Assembly: GCF_009914755.1 (NCBI RefSeq)
Contig: NC_060930.1
Source: the human T2T-CHM13v2.0 reference genome, Homo sapiens
Length of the DNA: 64,000 nucleotides
Direction: 5' to 3' (one strand)
The position numbers and the translations under genes are program-made. The notes beneath the pieces are model-generated. The model was not told the DNA's origin and searched no databases. It saw only the letters and a program-made list of their open reading frames with translations. Shown here one piece after another: positions 1 to 13,358 of this stretch (its first letter is position 1; every line of letters begins with the position of its first letter).

Positions 1-33
1 TGAAACAATTACTTGCTAATAGCAAACTTGAAG
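1..33 (+). ncRNA. Probable 3' end of an exon of a subtelomeric lncRNA family (LINC01002/LINC00266-like); possible alternative donor at 87/88
   Basis: Donor-like GAAG|GTATGG at 33/34 and GAAT|GTACGT at 87/88. Family assignment is recalled from the exon layout of these duplicated lncRNAs, not verified. Confidence 0.3.
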
Positions 34-864
34 GTATGGATAAGGCCCTGAGTCATCTTCCTGAGCTGAATGATAGTTAAGCTGAATGTACGTATAAAAT
101 ATGATTTTCTAACCACTTGCTCGCCAACAAGGAAAACTTTTAAGTAGAGCAGAACCTGAATAGACAAGACATTTCTTTCTTTTGGTAGAAAATGATTTAC
201 CATCACTGTGTAGTTAATTGTAGACTAGGTAATTTTAACTTTGTGATTTATTGCCGGAGACATTTTCTTCTGTACTGTAAAGTGTGTGTCAAAAAAAAAA
301 ATAGCGATTTTGGAGGATTAGGGGACTTTGATAAATTGCCTGCAATTCTGGCAGTATGAACTGCATATTAATTTCTGTCTTTCAAGAACATTTTTATTTA
401 TTAATTCCTTACAAAAACTCCCTAAACTTTGGAACAGCTCTCAATTGCCTGTATTCTTTTTTTTCTTATTATGGTACTCTTCTAGAGATTTGGCTTGCAT
501 CTGTGAATAAGCCAGGACATCTTCAGAAATTGTCTGATTAAAAACACCACCAATGGAGTTTCATTAAATTTGTATTGCTCTGACTAGTGAAACACACACA
601 TCTATGTTGCTGAGGATATTTTACTGCAGTTCGAGTTGTAATAATAGCTCTGTTTAAGATCCGTCAGTCACTTGAATCTTCTCTAAGGCTTTGTATGTTA
701 GAAGTTAATTTGCTTTCTTACAAGGCCACATTCTATCTTGTAACTAAACAACTGAATTTTATGTCTTAGCGTAGATGGTTTACTACTTTCTGGTTTTTCT
801 TTAGTAAGAATCCTATAAAAACACTAGTATTTTTCTCTGAGTTTAAAATTCAATACATGCCTAC

Positions 865-1245
865 TGATATGGTTAGGCTTTGTATCCCCACCTGAATCTC
901 ATCTTGAATTGTAATCCCCATAGCCCCCATAATCCCCACAGGTCAAGGGAGAGACCAGGTGGAGGTAACTGAATCATGGGGGCAGTTTCCCCTGTGCTGT
1001 TCTTGTGATAGTGAGTTCTCACGAGATTTGATGGTTTTATAAGGGATTCTTTCCCCTTTGCTCGGCACTTCTTCATGCTGCCTTGCGAAGAAGCTGGCTT
1101 GCTTCCTCTTTGTCTTCCGCCATGATTGTAGATTTCCTGAGGCCTCCCAAGCTGTGCTGAACTGTGAGCCAATTAAACTTCTTTCCTTTATAAATTACCC
1201 AGTCTTGGGCAGTTCTTTATAGCAGTATGAAAACAGAAAAATACA
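865..1245 (+). mobile_element. Solo THE1D-like LTR (ERVL-MaLR)
   Basis: Starts TGATATGGTTAGGCTTTG, ends ...AATACA; 5-bp TSD CCTAC at 860-864 and 1246-1250. Confidence 0.92.
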
Positions 1246-1539
1246 CCTACTATGTAAAACTTAAAATACAAAAAAACAAAACATTATCTCACTAACATAG
1301 GAGCTAATATTTTGGTGTACTTTGTTTAGTATTTTATATTAAAAATATGTACATATATATTTATATATAATTAAGAACATGTATGTACAATCGTGCATAC
1401 ATCATGTACATACATCTACTTAAGAAAATAGCTATGTAATATACCATTACTCAACTAGATTATAATTTTTTCTCCATTTCTTTATTGTAATTTATCATTT
1501 TCTACTTTTTTGTTTTCTCATTTTTATTGCATAATATTT

Positions 1540-2700
1540 AATTATGCAAAAAATACATTAAATACATTGAAAATATATAGTGTAGCTATAAGAATAAAGA
1601 ACAATGGTAAAACAAATGCTAATACCCACTACCTGACTTAAAGAATATGATATTATTTTTTTCCAATTGAAATTCCCTCAACTACTCAGAATTACTGCTA
1701 TCCCTCTTATCCTTTCATTAATTTTCTTCTAGTTTTCTCACATGTGAATCTATTTCTAAATACATTATTTTGCAAGTTTTTGGACTTCATATAAATGTAA
1801 CCATATTGTATATATTCTTCTTCAGCTTCTTAGTTTTTCACTAAACAATATGTTTTGCTGATACTTACATTCATATGTACAGTAATGGTTGATTTATTTT
1901 AATGGCTATATATTATTCCATTGTTAGAATACACCAGGATTTATTTTTACTTATTTTTTTTTGCTGGAAAATTGGGTGTCTTTTTTATTTTTTGATATAA
2001 CAAACAATGTTGTAATCATTTTGTATTTACTTCCTAGTCCACTCCTGTAAGTTTCTCTTGAGTACATACTAGCAATGAATATGCTGAGTCACTGCATATA
2101 CATACTCACAACTTTATTCTATAATGTAATATTCTATAAAGTAGCTGTATCAGTTTATACTTTAACCAGTAATGGACAAGATTTTCTGTTACTTCCCATC
2201 TTTGTTAATTATTACTTTTAGACTCTAACTTTTATCAGGCTCATGGATGTAAAAAGCATCTCAGGGTGGTTTTAATTTGCATTTATCTGCTCATCTATGA
2301 AGATGAGCTTCTTTTCATATAATTATGAGTCATTATTTTTGTTTTGCCTTCTTTTGTTTATGCATTTTGCTTGTTCTATGTCTTATTTTTCCTGTTGATT
2401 TTTGGGAGTTCATATATATTCTAAATGTATATTTATTCACTTATATATATGTTGTAAATATTACAGTTTATGATTTGTCACCTTATGATATCTTCCAAAT
2501 AGAGAAGCTTTATATTTTGATGTAGTCATATGTTCATTTTTCCTCCTTAATGTTTGTTTTTCTTGGTTCTATGACCTACCAAAAGTAACAAAAATTCTCA
2601 TTTATTTTTAATCTAAATGTTTTAAGTATTTTCCTGGAATTCACCTTGAATTGATTTCTATTGGAGATAGGTATCCAATCTAATTTGCCTCATATGGATA
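1540..2700 (-). mobile_element. Old L1M (L1ME-like) 3' remnant, probably continuing at ~3250-3770
   Basis: Degenerate antisense L1 motifs such as GTGGTTTTAATTTGCATTT and TATATTATTCCATTGT; boundaries approximate. Confidence 0.55.
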
Positions 2701-2704
2701 ACCA

Positions 2705-3198
2705 CTTGTTCTATTACTGCTGTAACAAATTTCTACAAACTAAGTGACCTAAAATAACACAAACTTGTCATCTTACAGTGTACACAAGTCAGAAATCAGG
2801 CATGAATTTTAGTGAACTAAAATCAAGTTGTCGACAGGCATGTTTCTTTATGGTGGCTAGGGTAGAATCCATATCCTGGCCTTTTCTATCTTCTAGAGAA
2901 CATCAGCATTCCTTTTCTCATTGCCTCTCCTCTCTCTTTTTAAAGCTGGCAATGTCACATTTCTCTGACCATTCTTTCATTGTCACATCTCTCTCTGGAC
3001 TCAGCTAAGAAAGGTTCTCCATTTTTAAGAACTCATGTGATTAGACTGGGCCCATCTGGGTAACCCAGGAAGATCTCTCCATCTCGGTTTGCATCCTTAA
3101 TCACATCTGATAAGCCTTTATTGCATTCAGTGTAACATATTCACAGGTTCCAGGGTTAGGCATGGGCATCTTTGAGGGCCATTATTCTCCCTACCACA
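2705..3198 (-). mobile_element. MLT1 (MLT1D-like) LTR
   Basis: CTGCTGTAACAAAT..., GATTAGACTGGGCCCATCTGG, and terminus GGGCCATTATTCTCCCTACCACA. Confidence 0.8.
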
Positions 3199-3774
3199 TT
3201 ATTTGCCTAGCATCTTTCATTACATTGTCCATCTATTTACTTACTGATTTCTAATGACATCCAAATCAGTTACAACATTTTATGTAAGCATTGTTTTTAT
3301 TTTTATGTTATTCCACTAGTCTATTTTTCTACTCATGAATTATGGTACATGAGTTTATTTTTGCAACTTTAAGCTCAATAACATGTTTTAAGATTTCCTC
3401 AACTTTCTTTTTGCGCTTCTTCAGAAGTTGACTCTTTTGGCCCTTTGGTCTTCTATACACATTTTAGAAATGCTTTGTTGAGGACTAAGAGGAATGCTAA
3501 GATTTTGATAGGAATTTCATTGAATTTTGAGTATATTGGCATGCTACAATGGTTAGTGCTTTATACATGAAAATAATATATCCCTTCCTCTTTTCCTAGT
3601 ATCATGAGATGTTTGTTAGGCAGACATGAATATTGAGTTGTATCAAATGTGGTTTTCTGCATTATTGTGGTGGTGATGTGATTTAGCTCCTTTAATTAGT
3701 TAATGTAATGAATTACATTTGTAGATTGCTCTAACTATTGAAACAAGCTTGAATTTCTGGAATAAGCCCAATGT

Positions 3775-4450
3775 GATATTTATTCAACAAATATTCATTG
3801 AGTATACCTAGTATGTAACATGCTTTAAGAATACACCAGTGAACCAAACAGAAATATCTGACATTACAGAACTTAACATTCCAGTATTTGGAGACAGACG
3901 ATAAAAAAGTGAACATGTATATTTACAGTTTGTCAAGGAATGATAAAGGAAGACTCTTAAAGTAGATGGGGAATTGGGAGTGAAGTCTGTAATTTAAATA
4001 GGGTGGGCAGGAAAGCTTCACAGAGAATGGGACATTTAAGAATAGACTTGAAGGACAGGCAAGAGCAATCTCTATGTTTATATGGGAGAAAAGGTTCCAG
4101 GCAGATGCAGTAACAATGGCAAATATCCTGAAGTAGGATCATGCTGGAGTTTTTGTGGAGCAGCAAGGAGGCTAGTGTGACTGCCACAGAATCACCCAAG
4201 GGAAGATGAGAAGATCAGACCAGACCAGCACTTGGGCATCTAATGGGAAAAGTTTCTCAAGCCATCATAAAAATTTCACTTTTACTATAAATACTACGAG
4301 AAACCATGGGATGTTTTACAGTAAGAAAGGTGGCATAATATGTTACATGTTTTAAACAAACTCTATAGCTTCTGAGTTGAAATAGATTGTAGGGGCTCAT
4401 GGCAGAAGCAGAGGGAACATTTAGGAGACTACTGTAAAGAATATCATGAA
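3775..4450 (-). mobile_element. L2 LINE 3' fragment
   Basis: TATTCAACAAATATTCATTGAG antisense L2 tail followed by purine-rich L2-like body. Confidence 0.7.
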
Positions 4451-4729
4451 AAGAACAAACAACGCTATGTAACATGCTTAAATGGACTGAAGAAGATGTA
4501 TAAAATCAAAATGATGTTACCTTCACACCTTGAATCAGTACGATAAACCCCCCTCCCCAATCACAAAAGAAAAACTAAACACAAAAACCAGGCTTTGGTT
4601 GCTCAGACAATTTTACAGGTGAGTTCTAGCAAACATGCAAAGAACGTTTAATTGCACTGTTACAGAAATTCTTCTGGAGACAAGAAAATAAGACACATCA
4701 CCCAACCAATTTCATAATAACAATGTCAA

Positions 4730-5240
4730 TGTATAATAACAGAAAAAGTGGATCTCCAAAGAAATAAATTTATTTGGAAATAAACAAGGATTATAATCTG
4801 AGATATTTGTGCTATGATCAATCATAGGTGCATCCCAAGAGGTTGAGGTAAGGAAAATATGTAAAGACAAAAAGAAGTCCATGCAAGCTGTTTTGAAACA
4901 AACATCATTGGTCACAGGGTCTGATGCAGGAGCTGGTGTTAACTTACTGGCAGAAACAGCCATTGCTAGGCAAGTGTTCTTGTGAGGGTGGCTTATCTGA
5001 AATGCTGCAGTCTTGAGGAATTTTTTATGATAGGTCCTATTATAGAGACACCTACAGGATGAGCTGGACAAACAGAGTGTGCTGGGTGGGCAGAAATTTC
5101 TTGTGAGTTTATAGAAAGTCCTTGTGATAGTGCTTATCGTGGACAGACACACAAGATCCCCTTTTTCATGACCCGGCTCCACTTTGCTTTGGGTCTGATG
5201 TAAGTGACTTTGCCTTGTCATTGGCAACTTTCACTGTAGT
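4730..5240 (-). mobile_element. Possible old ERV LTR, family unresolved
   Basis: About 500 bp, higher GC than flanks, minus-strand AATAAA near the left end; no TSD established. Confidence 0.3.
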
Positions 5241-6719
5241 ATAATCTGCACATCAAAGTTACCTAACAATAGTACAAAGAAAGAAAATTAAAGGTATATC
5301 TCTTTCAAAAATATAAACCCCAAAATTGTTAGGAAATTGTAGTGAGTATAAAAGATAATTCATTATAATAAACATCTCAAGCTTCACAGAATTCTGACCT
5401 TTGCTACACTCTCATCCACAATCTTTTCTCCTAGTAAATGGCAGCTCCTTCTGTTAAGTTGCTGAGGCTTCTTATTGCTTTTTTCTTCAAATAACAGTCA
5501 GAACTGAACAACTGTAATCATCCTAGTCCATACAATTGTTATATTTTCATTTAAAGAAGATCAATGTGTGATTCTTTTTTTATATATTTCTGGACAATTC
5601 TTTATATTTTAATAGTAGTCAGAATTTGATCAGGAAAACAGAAGACATCCTATGTATTATAATGATAAAAGTTTAATATTAATTAGGGCCTTATGCTATT
5701 ATTGGAAGAGCTTGGTGAATAGATATTAGAAAAGCAGCTAGACAAAAATCAGAAGAGGTCTGTTTTATATCAGAGATCTTAGCCTGACAGTCTAGAGTGT
5801 GGGCACAGAACCCAAGCTTATAGGAATTTCTGAAAGGTCTGTAAATCTTATCCAGATGGACAGTGGGAGCTCATAAAGGATTCTGCAAGCCATCACATCT
5901 GTCAAACCTGCTATGTCTAATCCTTAAGCCTGCTTTATTTGAAGACCTCCTCTTCACTCCTCATTTCCAGCTCTCATGAGTTTCTTTCATAGGCAAACCC
6001 AGACCTGGAACAATGTGCCTGAAGACTTCGGGTGACACAGTACCCAGACTTAAATAGGAGGGGAGCCATGGTGGAAGTGGCCATCCAGCACAATTTTCTT
6101 GGTCTTTACTCATAGTTTTGATTCCTTAAAAAAATTAACCACATTAAAATATGTGTTTCATAATCTACATCTAATAATACAAATATTTAAAGTCTTTTCA
6201 AGTTTGAATACGCTACCCATGTTGCTGCTACCCCCATTTTGTGTGTGTGATTTTTGTGTGTGTGTTAGAAGCTCATGACCTTTGAAACCTGCTCTTATGA
6301 GCTTGCTTTGATGATTTATTTGTCCAGAGAGGATTTTTTTTCCTACCTAGCATTTTGGACTGCTATCAACCTGAGACCACTTTGAATTAAATTCTCAGCT
6401 TGCAAATTTGGAAGCCACACAGATTGTGTGAGTTCAGGCTGAAACCTGTTTGAGAGCTGGATTCTGGCTATAAACTCCACAGGGAACATTTTCTCTCTCC
6501 ACTCAGAGCTGAGACCATAGGGAAATTTATTTGCTAGCTCACTTTGAAGGTTTATTTTATTTATTTTTTAAATTTCTAGTACACGTGCTCACTGAAGGTG
6601 TAATACTTATGTGAGAATCTCAAAATCAGTTGTGTTCTTTGTATGACCCTGGTTTTGTTTCCTCCTGCTCTCTTACTTTCAGTGTGTCTCAGTATGTCTG
6701 CTCAATATGTCATCTTAAA

Positions 6720-7125
6720 TTTCAACTGAGGGTGGATCTTCTTCCCAGCTCACTCACATGGTTCTTAGCTAGATTCAGTTTCTCTCCATTTGTAGGACTG
6801 AGGACCTCAGTTCTTCACTTAGGGTTGGCTACAGGTAATCATCAATTTCTTGTAACAGGACTTACACTGGGCCACTGACAGCATGCCAGTTGGCTTCATT
6901 CAAATGAGAGGGCAAGAGAAAGAGAGAGAGGGAGAGGGCACAAGAAGAAATTCACAGTATCTTATAATCTAATCTCAGAAGTGGCATCTCATTTCTTTTG
7001 TTCTATTCTATTCAATAGAAACAAGTACCTGGGACCAGCTTACACTATAGGAAAGAGATTATATAAGGGTATAAATACCAAGAGGTAGAGATCATCAAGA
7101 GCCATTCTGGTAGCAGCCACAGTAT
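6720..7125 (-). mobile_element. MLT1 (G/H-like) LTR fragment
   Basis: GCTCACTCACATGG, GA-rich tract, TAATCTCAGAAGTGGCATCTC, CTATTCTATTCAATAGAAACAAGT. Confidence 0.65.
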
Positions 7126-8005
7126 CTTATCCAGAATATTTCTTATTCAGGCCTTCAAATGTGCTGTCTTTTCTGGTCTAATGGAAATGAACCTTCCTTC
7201 CATACAATTTCTTCTCCTAAATTGTACTCTGGCTCTCTTATCATATACAAACGTCTATGTTAGGTATTTGTGTCTGTCTTGATTCTTGGTAGGCTTTTAA
7301 ACTCTGTGAATGTTGGACTGTGATGTAGACATCATTTCACCGCACACTCTGTAACCACCAAACCTTAGCAGCTTATTCAGTAAGCACATACTTGGCTCTT
7401 AATGAGTATTGCTTAAATTGATGAATTGAATTAGTATTTTACCTTCTCTGTTGCTTAGCTAAGCAGAAGAATTTGTCATTTTTTTAATTTAGTGACTGGT
7501 TCTATTAAAAGTTACCTTTGTCTATATCATTTTGTTATACTAAAGCACAAATGTATAAGGTCAAAAAACATTCTCAAGATTTTGTTTAAACCACAGCCCT
7601 CAGTTGTGTATATTTATCTCTTGTTTTCATATGCAAGATTTCTCCTGAAATGGGCAACAATTACAAGAGTTTTTTTCCTCTTCTGAACTAAGAAAATAAA
7701 TATTTAATTCACAAGTTTAGAAAAGTGAACCTGAAAAATCACAGGGCTAGGTGGGTTATGAGGCCCACTGGTACATGATAGTGTTGAATGTGGATTAGAA
7801 TGAACTCCGTGGATTAGAATCTCAGACCATAGGCAAACATTTACTTGTTTTAGAATAAGCACATTTGAGTCTGCAATAAGTATTACTATTTTTAAGTTGA
7901 AAATGTAATTGGTTTCTAATAATAACCATATTGGCTAGCATTATTTCAATGGTGTTTAATGTTTTCCAATGTCATTTCATGTCAGATATCTCTCTTGATT
8001 CTTAG

Positions 8006-8110
8006 TAACAATTTGGACAAGACAGCAAATGCTATTGTCCAAGTTTTCTAAAGAAGAATCTGAAGTGAAATGACATCAAGAGACCTATCAAGACCTGTAT
8101 CCAGGAAAAG
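8006..8110 (+). ncRNA. Probable 105-nt internal exon of the subtelomeric lncRNA family
   Basis: Acceptor TCTCTTGATTCTTAG| and donor AAAG|GTAAAT bracket 105 nt of non-repeat sequence. Size and ~8 kb spacing from the donor at 33 match my recollection of these lncRNA models (unverified). Confidence 0.45.
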
Positions 8111-8204
8111 GTAAATCTGAGCTGAAAGTGTAGCCCTTGTAAATTACCTACGTGACATACCAGATAGTGTTCATGATCCATTCAGTACTCTGTTCTAAAA
8201 ATGA

Positions 8205-8770
8205 GACAATATCCATTTATTCACTTGTTCATTTATTTAGTGCTTGTTCAGCCCTTACTGCATATTCCAGGCACTATTCTGACTGTGGCAGGAGTGAACA
8301 AACAGGCATGGTTCTTACTTGCATGTAATTACAGTCTTATAGTGAAAACAAGTGTTAAACAACAAAATCTCCCAATTATTTTAAAATTATAAACTTGATT
8401 CGATACTATGTGGCCATATAATTGTTCCTAATTTGGTTGGAGAAGGGAGGCAGTTAGGGAAGCCTTCCCTGAGTTAGTGCCATTTAACCTGAATTATGAT
8501 AGATGATAAGTAATTTGTCAGGGGAAAAATACTCCAGGAATAAAGAACAGGTACAAAGGTCAGGTTCTGGGAAGAGCTTGTCTTGGTCCAGGAGCTAAAA
8601 AATGTTAGAGTGGCTGGATCTGGGAAAGAGACAAAGAGTTATTAAATGAGGCAGCAGGCTTCAGCAGGTGCCACATTGCTCAGGGCCTTGTAGGCCATGC
8701 TAAGGATTTGGGATGTTAATGTCAGTACAAACAATTGAGTCATAAGCAGAAAGTAAAAGCATGATTCCAT
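8205..8770 (-). mobile_element. L2 LINE 3' fragment
   Basis: TTCATTTATTTAGTGC...CCAGGCACTATTCT and GGGCCTTGTAGGCCATGCTAAGGATTTGG. Confidence 0.75.
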
Positions 8771-9423
8771 CAAATGTTATTCTCTAAACAGTAATTTTAT
8801 AAATACAGGTTAAATGTGTGTGGTCCCAGCTACTCAGGAGGTCCCAGCTACTCAGTATTCCTTTTCAACAAATATTAGGTGCCTACTATTAGCCAGGTAC
8901 AGCCCTTAGCTGCATTGAATGAAGCATATATTACAAACTGGCAGAATTTCTTAAACAAAGAATCTAAAGTTGTTTATACACCATAATCTCGGTATTTTAT
9001 AAATTTCTTGAAATTATTTTTATGTACGCTGCTTTGCAGAATTTTAACTGGCTTTGAAATAAACAATGACAATAGTCCTCCATGTTACTAGTTTCAAATT
9101 TTCCCAATACCTACTAAGACATTACTTAATCCACAGATTTACTGTCAATAGTTTGTATCAAATTGTGATAACATATTTGAAATTAATATTTCAAATTAAA
9201 GCAAAATCACAAATTTATACTTTATATTATGAATGAGATTCAAGATTCACAAAAGGAGCATGATAATATATTCTGTTGTCATCGCATACAAAATAATAAC
9301 ATATAGAGTATGAATCAATAATTTTTCAAATACAAAGCTATTACAATTAGGAATACAAAGAAATCATAATTAGGAATACTTCTACAATATTAACACACAA
9401 TAGTGGTAACACTTGCAAAATGA

Positions 9424-9738
<315 letters not shown>

Positions 9739-9870
9739 AGTGGTGGGTCTCATATCTCAATGTGGACTTTTACTAACTCCCGATGCCTCATTTTCCTCAT
9801 CAGTTGAAAGGAATGAATGAAAGATTTGTGTTTTTCATATTACCAGGTAGATGATAAGGAGATTTTAATT

Positions 9871-10235
9871 TTCTTTTTTTTTAACTTTTATTTTAAGTTT
9901 AGGGGCATTTGTTACATAGGTAAACTGGTGTCACAGGGGGTTATTGTACAGATTATTTCATCACCCAGGTATTAAACCTAGTACCCAATAGTTATCTTTT
10001 CTGCTTCTCTTCCTTTTCTCACCCTCCACCCTCAAGTAGACCCCAGGGTCTGTTTTATTCTTTGTGTTCATTAGTTCTCATCATTTAGCTCCCACTTATA
10101 ACTGAGAGTATGCTGTATTTGGTTTTCTGTTCCTGCATTAGTTTGCTAAGGATAATAGAAGGTCCATCCACATTCCAGCAAAAGACATGATATCATTTTT
10201 TAATGGCGGCATAGTATTCCATGGTGTATATGTAC
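9871..10235 (-). mobile_element. L1PA13-16-like 3' end
   Basis: TACAGATTATTTCATCACCCAGGTATTAAACCTAGTACCCAATAG and TCATTTAGCTCCCACTTATAA. Confidence 0.85.
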
Positions 10236-10398
10236 AGCCTGCATATAAACTGTGGGCTAAAGACCTTCACCAGAGCAGTCTGACAGAACCTCTCTGAAAG
10301 ACTTCTCCTAGGCTGTAATCCTCAGTCTCTTGTTCTCAGACCCCTAAATAAATCTAACTTTAATTTCTTAAAAGCTTAATTTTTTTCTTTAGTTGACA
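10236..10398 (+). mobile_element. 3' half of an ERV1-type LTR (MER31/MER67-like)
   Basis: TATAAA, AGCAGTCTGACAGAACCTCTCTGAAAG, AATAAA and terminal ...TTAGTTGACA. Confidence 0.5.
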
Positions 10399-10784
10399 CC
10401 AAAAATCTCCCCAGCCAGATCCACAAACTTTTTCAGTATTTTTCCTATTTTTTATATCATTCCAGGCAAGCGTTTTCTAACTCTCCCATCAGAATACGAC
10501 TTTGGTGCGTTTTCCTCAGTCTCCACTGATGATTTTTTCTCATTATCCTTAAAGCCCTTTCCAGTAGACTTCTTAAGCTCTTTCAAGTTTTCAGTCTCCT
10601 TAAGGACCATTCAGTGTTTACTGTCAGTTCCCAGAATGCTTTTACAGGTTTTGCTGTCATTTTCCTTGAAGTCTGTTCACTTTTCACTAACAGTCTTTGT
10701 GAAATCCTTCTGGGTTCTATCCATTGTCTGATTCCAAAGCCAATGCCACATAGTTTAAGTTTATATTATATTAGAGTGACATCT

Positions 10785-11076
10785 TATTCCACGTACCACA
10801 AACCACCTCAAAACTTCGCAGCTTAAAACAACAAACTTAAAAAAAATTGTGGACTTGTATTAGTGCAAGCAGGGCTTAGCTATGTGATTCTGCTCCGTGT
10901 GGTATTAACTGTAGCCATCTGTGGTATTCAGCTGGCAGCTGGGTAGTCTGGAGAGTTGAAGGTGGCTTCAGTGATGTGCCTGTTTTATTAGTGGATTGGA
11001 TGAAATGTTGTGGTAAGGTGGGCCTCTCTTGCTCTCCGTGTAGTTTGAGAGCCTGTCTACATGATCTATTCAGCAG
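10785..11076 (-). mobile_element. MLT1 (I/J-like) LTR, left part; resumes at 13359-13600 after the THE1 insertion
   Basis: ACAAACCACCTCAAAACTT..GCTTAAAACAACAA; the right part has TATTGGTCAAAGCAGTCA...CCCAGGTTCAAGG. Confidence 0.7.
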
Positions 11077-13358
11077 CAATATGGTTTGGCTGTGTCCCCA
11101 CCCAAATCTCATCTTGAATTGTAGCTCCCATAATTTCCGTGTCTTGTGGGAGGGATCCAACGGGAGATAACTGAATCACAGGAGTATTTCCCCCATACTG
11201 TTCTCGTGGTCTTGAATAAGTCTCACAAGAGCTGATGATTTTATAAGGGGGTTCCCCTTTCACTTAGCTCTCATTCTGTCTTGTCTGCCATCATGTAGAG
11301 ATGTGCCTTTTGCCTTCCACCATGATTGTGAGGCCTCCCCATCCACCTGGAAATGTGAGTCCATTAAGTGTCTTTTTCTTTATAAATCACTCAGTCTCAG
11401 GTATGTCTTTATCAGCAGCATGAAAACAGACCAATACAGTACATTGGTACTGGTAGAGTGGGGTGCTGTTGTAAAGATAACCCAAAAATGTGGAAGCGAC
11501 TTTGGAACTGGGTAACAGGCAGGGGTTGAAACAGTTTGGAGGGCTCAGAAAACGACAGGAAAATGTGGGAAAGTTTGGAACTTCCTAGAGACTTGTTGAA
11601 TGGCTTTGACTAAAATGTCAAATAATGATATAGACAATGAAATCCAGGCTGAGATGGTCTCAGATGGAGATGAGGAACTCAATGGGAACTGGAGTAAAGG
11701 TGTCTCTTGCTATCGAGAGAGACTGGCAGCATTTTGTCCCTGCCCTAGAGATTTGTGGAACTTTGAACTTGAGGGAGATGAGTTAGGGTATCTGGCAGAA
11801 GAAATTTCTAAGCAGCAAATCATTCAAGAGTGACTTGGGTGTGTTAAAAGCACTCAGTTTTAACAGGAAAACAGAGCATAAACGTTCAGAAAATTTGTAG
11901 CACGACACTGTGATAGAAAAGAAAAATCCATTTTCTGAGGAGAAATTCAAGCTGGCTGCAGAAATTTGCATAAGTAACAAGGAGCCAAATGTTAATCGCT
12001 AAGTCTTCAGGCCATGTCAGAGATCTTTGTGGCAGCCCCTTCCATCACACACCCAGAGGCCTAGGAGGAAAAAATGGTTTCATAGGCTGGGCCCAGGGCC
12101 CCTCTGCTGTTTGCCTGTGTACAGCCTAGGGACTTGGTGCTCTGTGTCCCAGCTGCTCCAGCCACAGCTAAAAGGGGTCAAGGTACAGCTCAGGCCATGG
12201 CTTCAGAGGGTGCAAGCCTCAAGCTTTGGCAGCTTCCATGTGGTGTTGAGCCTGTGGATTCACAGAAGTCCAGAATCGAGGTATGGGAACCTCCACCTAG
12301 ATTTCAGAGAATGTATGGAAATGCCTGGATCTCCAGACAGAAGTTTGCTGCAGGGGTGAGGTCTTCATGGAGAACCTCTGCTAAGGCAGTGGGGAATGGA
12401 AATGTGGGGTTGAAGCCCCCAACACAGAGCCCACTAGGGTACTGCCTAGTGGAGCTATGAGAAGAGGGCTGCTGTCCTCCAGACCCCGGAATGGTAGATC
12501 CACCGACAGCTTGCACTGTGTGCCTGGAAAAGCTGCATACAATGCCAGCCTGTGAAAGCAACCGGGAGGAAGGCTCTGCCCTGCAAAACCACAGGGGTGG
12601 AGCTGCCTGAGACCATGGGAACCCACCACTTGCATGAGTATGACCTGGATGTGAGACATAGAGTCAAAGGAGATCATTTTGGAGCTTTAAGATTTGACTG
12701 TCCCACTGGATTTCAGACTTGCTTGGAGCCTTTAGTCCCTTTGTTTTGGGTAAATTTTACCATTTGGAACGGCTGCATTTACCCAATGCCTGTACTCCTA
12801 TCTTATCTAGAAAATAACTAAATTGCTTTTGATTTTACAGGTTTATATGTGGAAGAGACTTGCCCTGTCTCAGGTGAGACTTTGGACTGCTAACTTTTGA
12901 GTTAATGCTGAAGTGAGTTAAGACTTTTGGGGACTATTGGGAAGGCATGATTGGTTTTGAAATGTGAGGACATGAGATTTGGGAGGTGCCAGAGGCAGAA
13001 TGAGGTGGTTTGGCTGTGTCCTTTCCCAAATCTCATCTTGAAATGTAGCTCCCATAATTCCCATGTGTTGTGGAGGGACCTGGTGAGAGATAATTGAATG
13101 ATGGGGTGGCTCCCCCATACTGTTCTTATGGTCGTGAATAAGTCTCATGAGAGCTGATGACTTTACAAGGGGCTTCCCCTTTCACTCAGCTCTCATTGTC
13201 TCTTGTCTGCTCCCATGTAATGCACACTTTTCACCTTCTGCCATGATTGTGAGGCCTCCCCATCCACATGGAACTGTGATTCCATGAAACTCTTTTTATT
13301 CATAAATTACCCGGTCTTGGATATGTCTTTATCAGCAGCATGAAAATGGACTAATGCA
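11077..13358 (+). mobile_element. Full-length THE1 (THE1C-like) provirus: 5' LTR 11077-11438, internal 11439-13000, 3' LTR 13001-13358
   Basis: Two direct ~360-bp LTRs; THE1-int motifs (GACTTTGGAACTGGGTAACAGGC, GTCAAAGGAGATCATTTTGGAGC); purine tract before the 3' LTR; TSD AGCAG at 11072-11076 and 13359-13363. Confidence 0.95.

Noticed and set aside
4712-5227. 171-aa minus-strand ORF
   Set aside because: No recognisable domain, non-ATG start, and it overlaps a probable LTR remnant.
11600-12821. Cluster of overlapping ORFs
   Set aside because: Fragments of the degenerate THE1 internal region.
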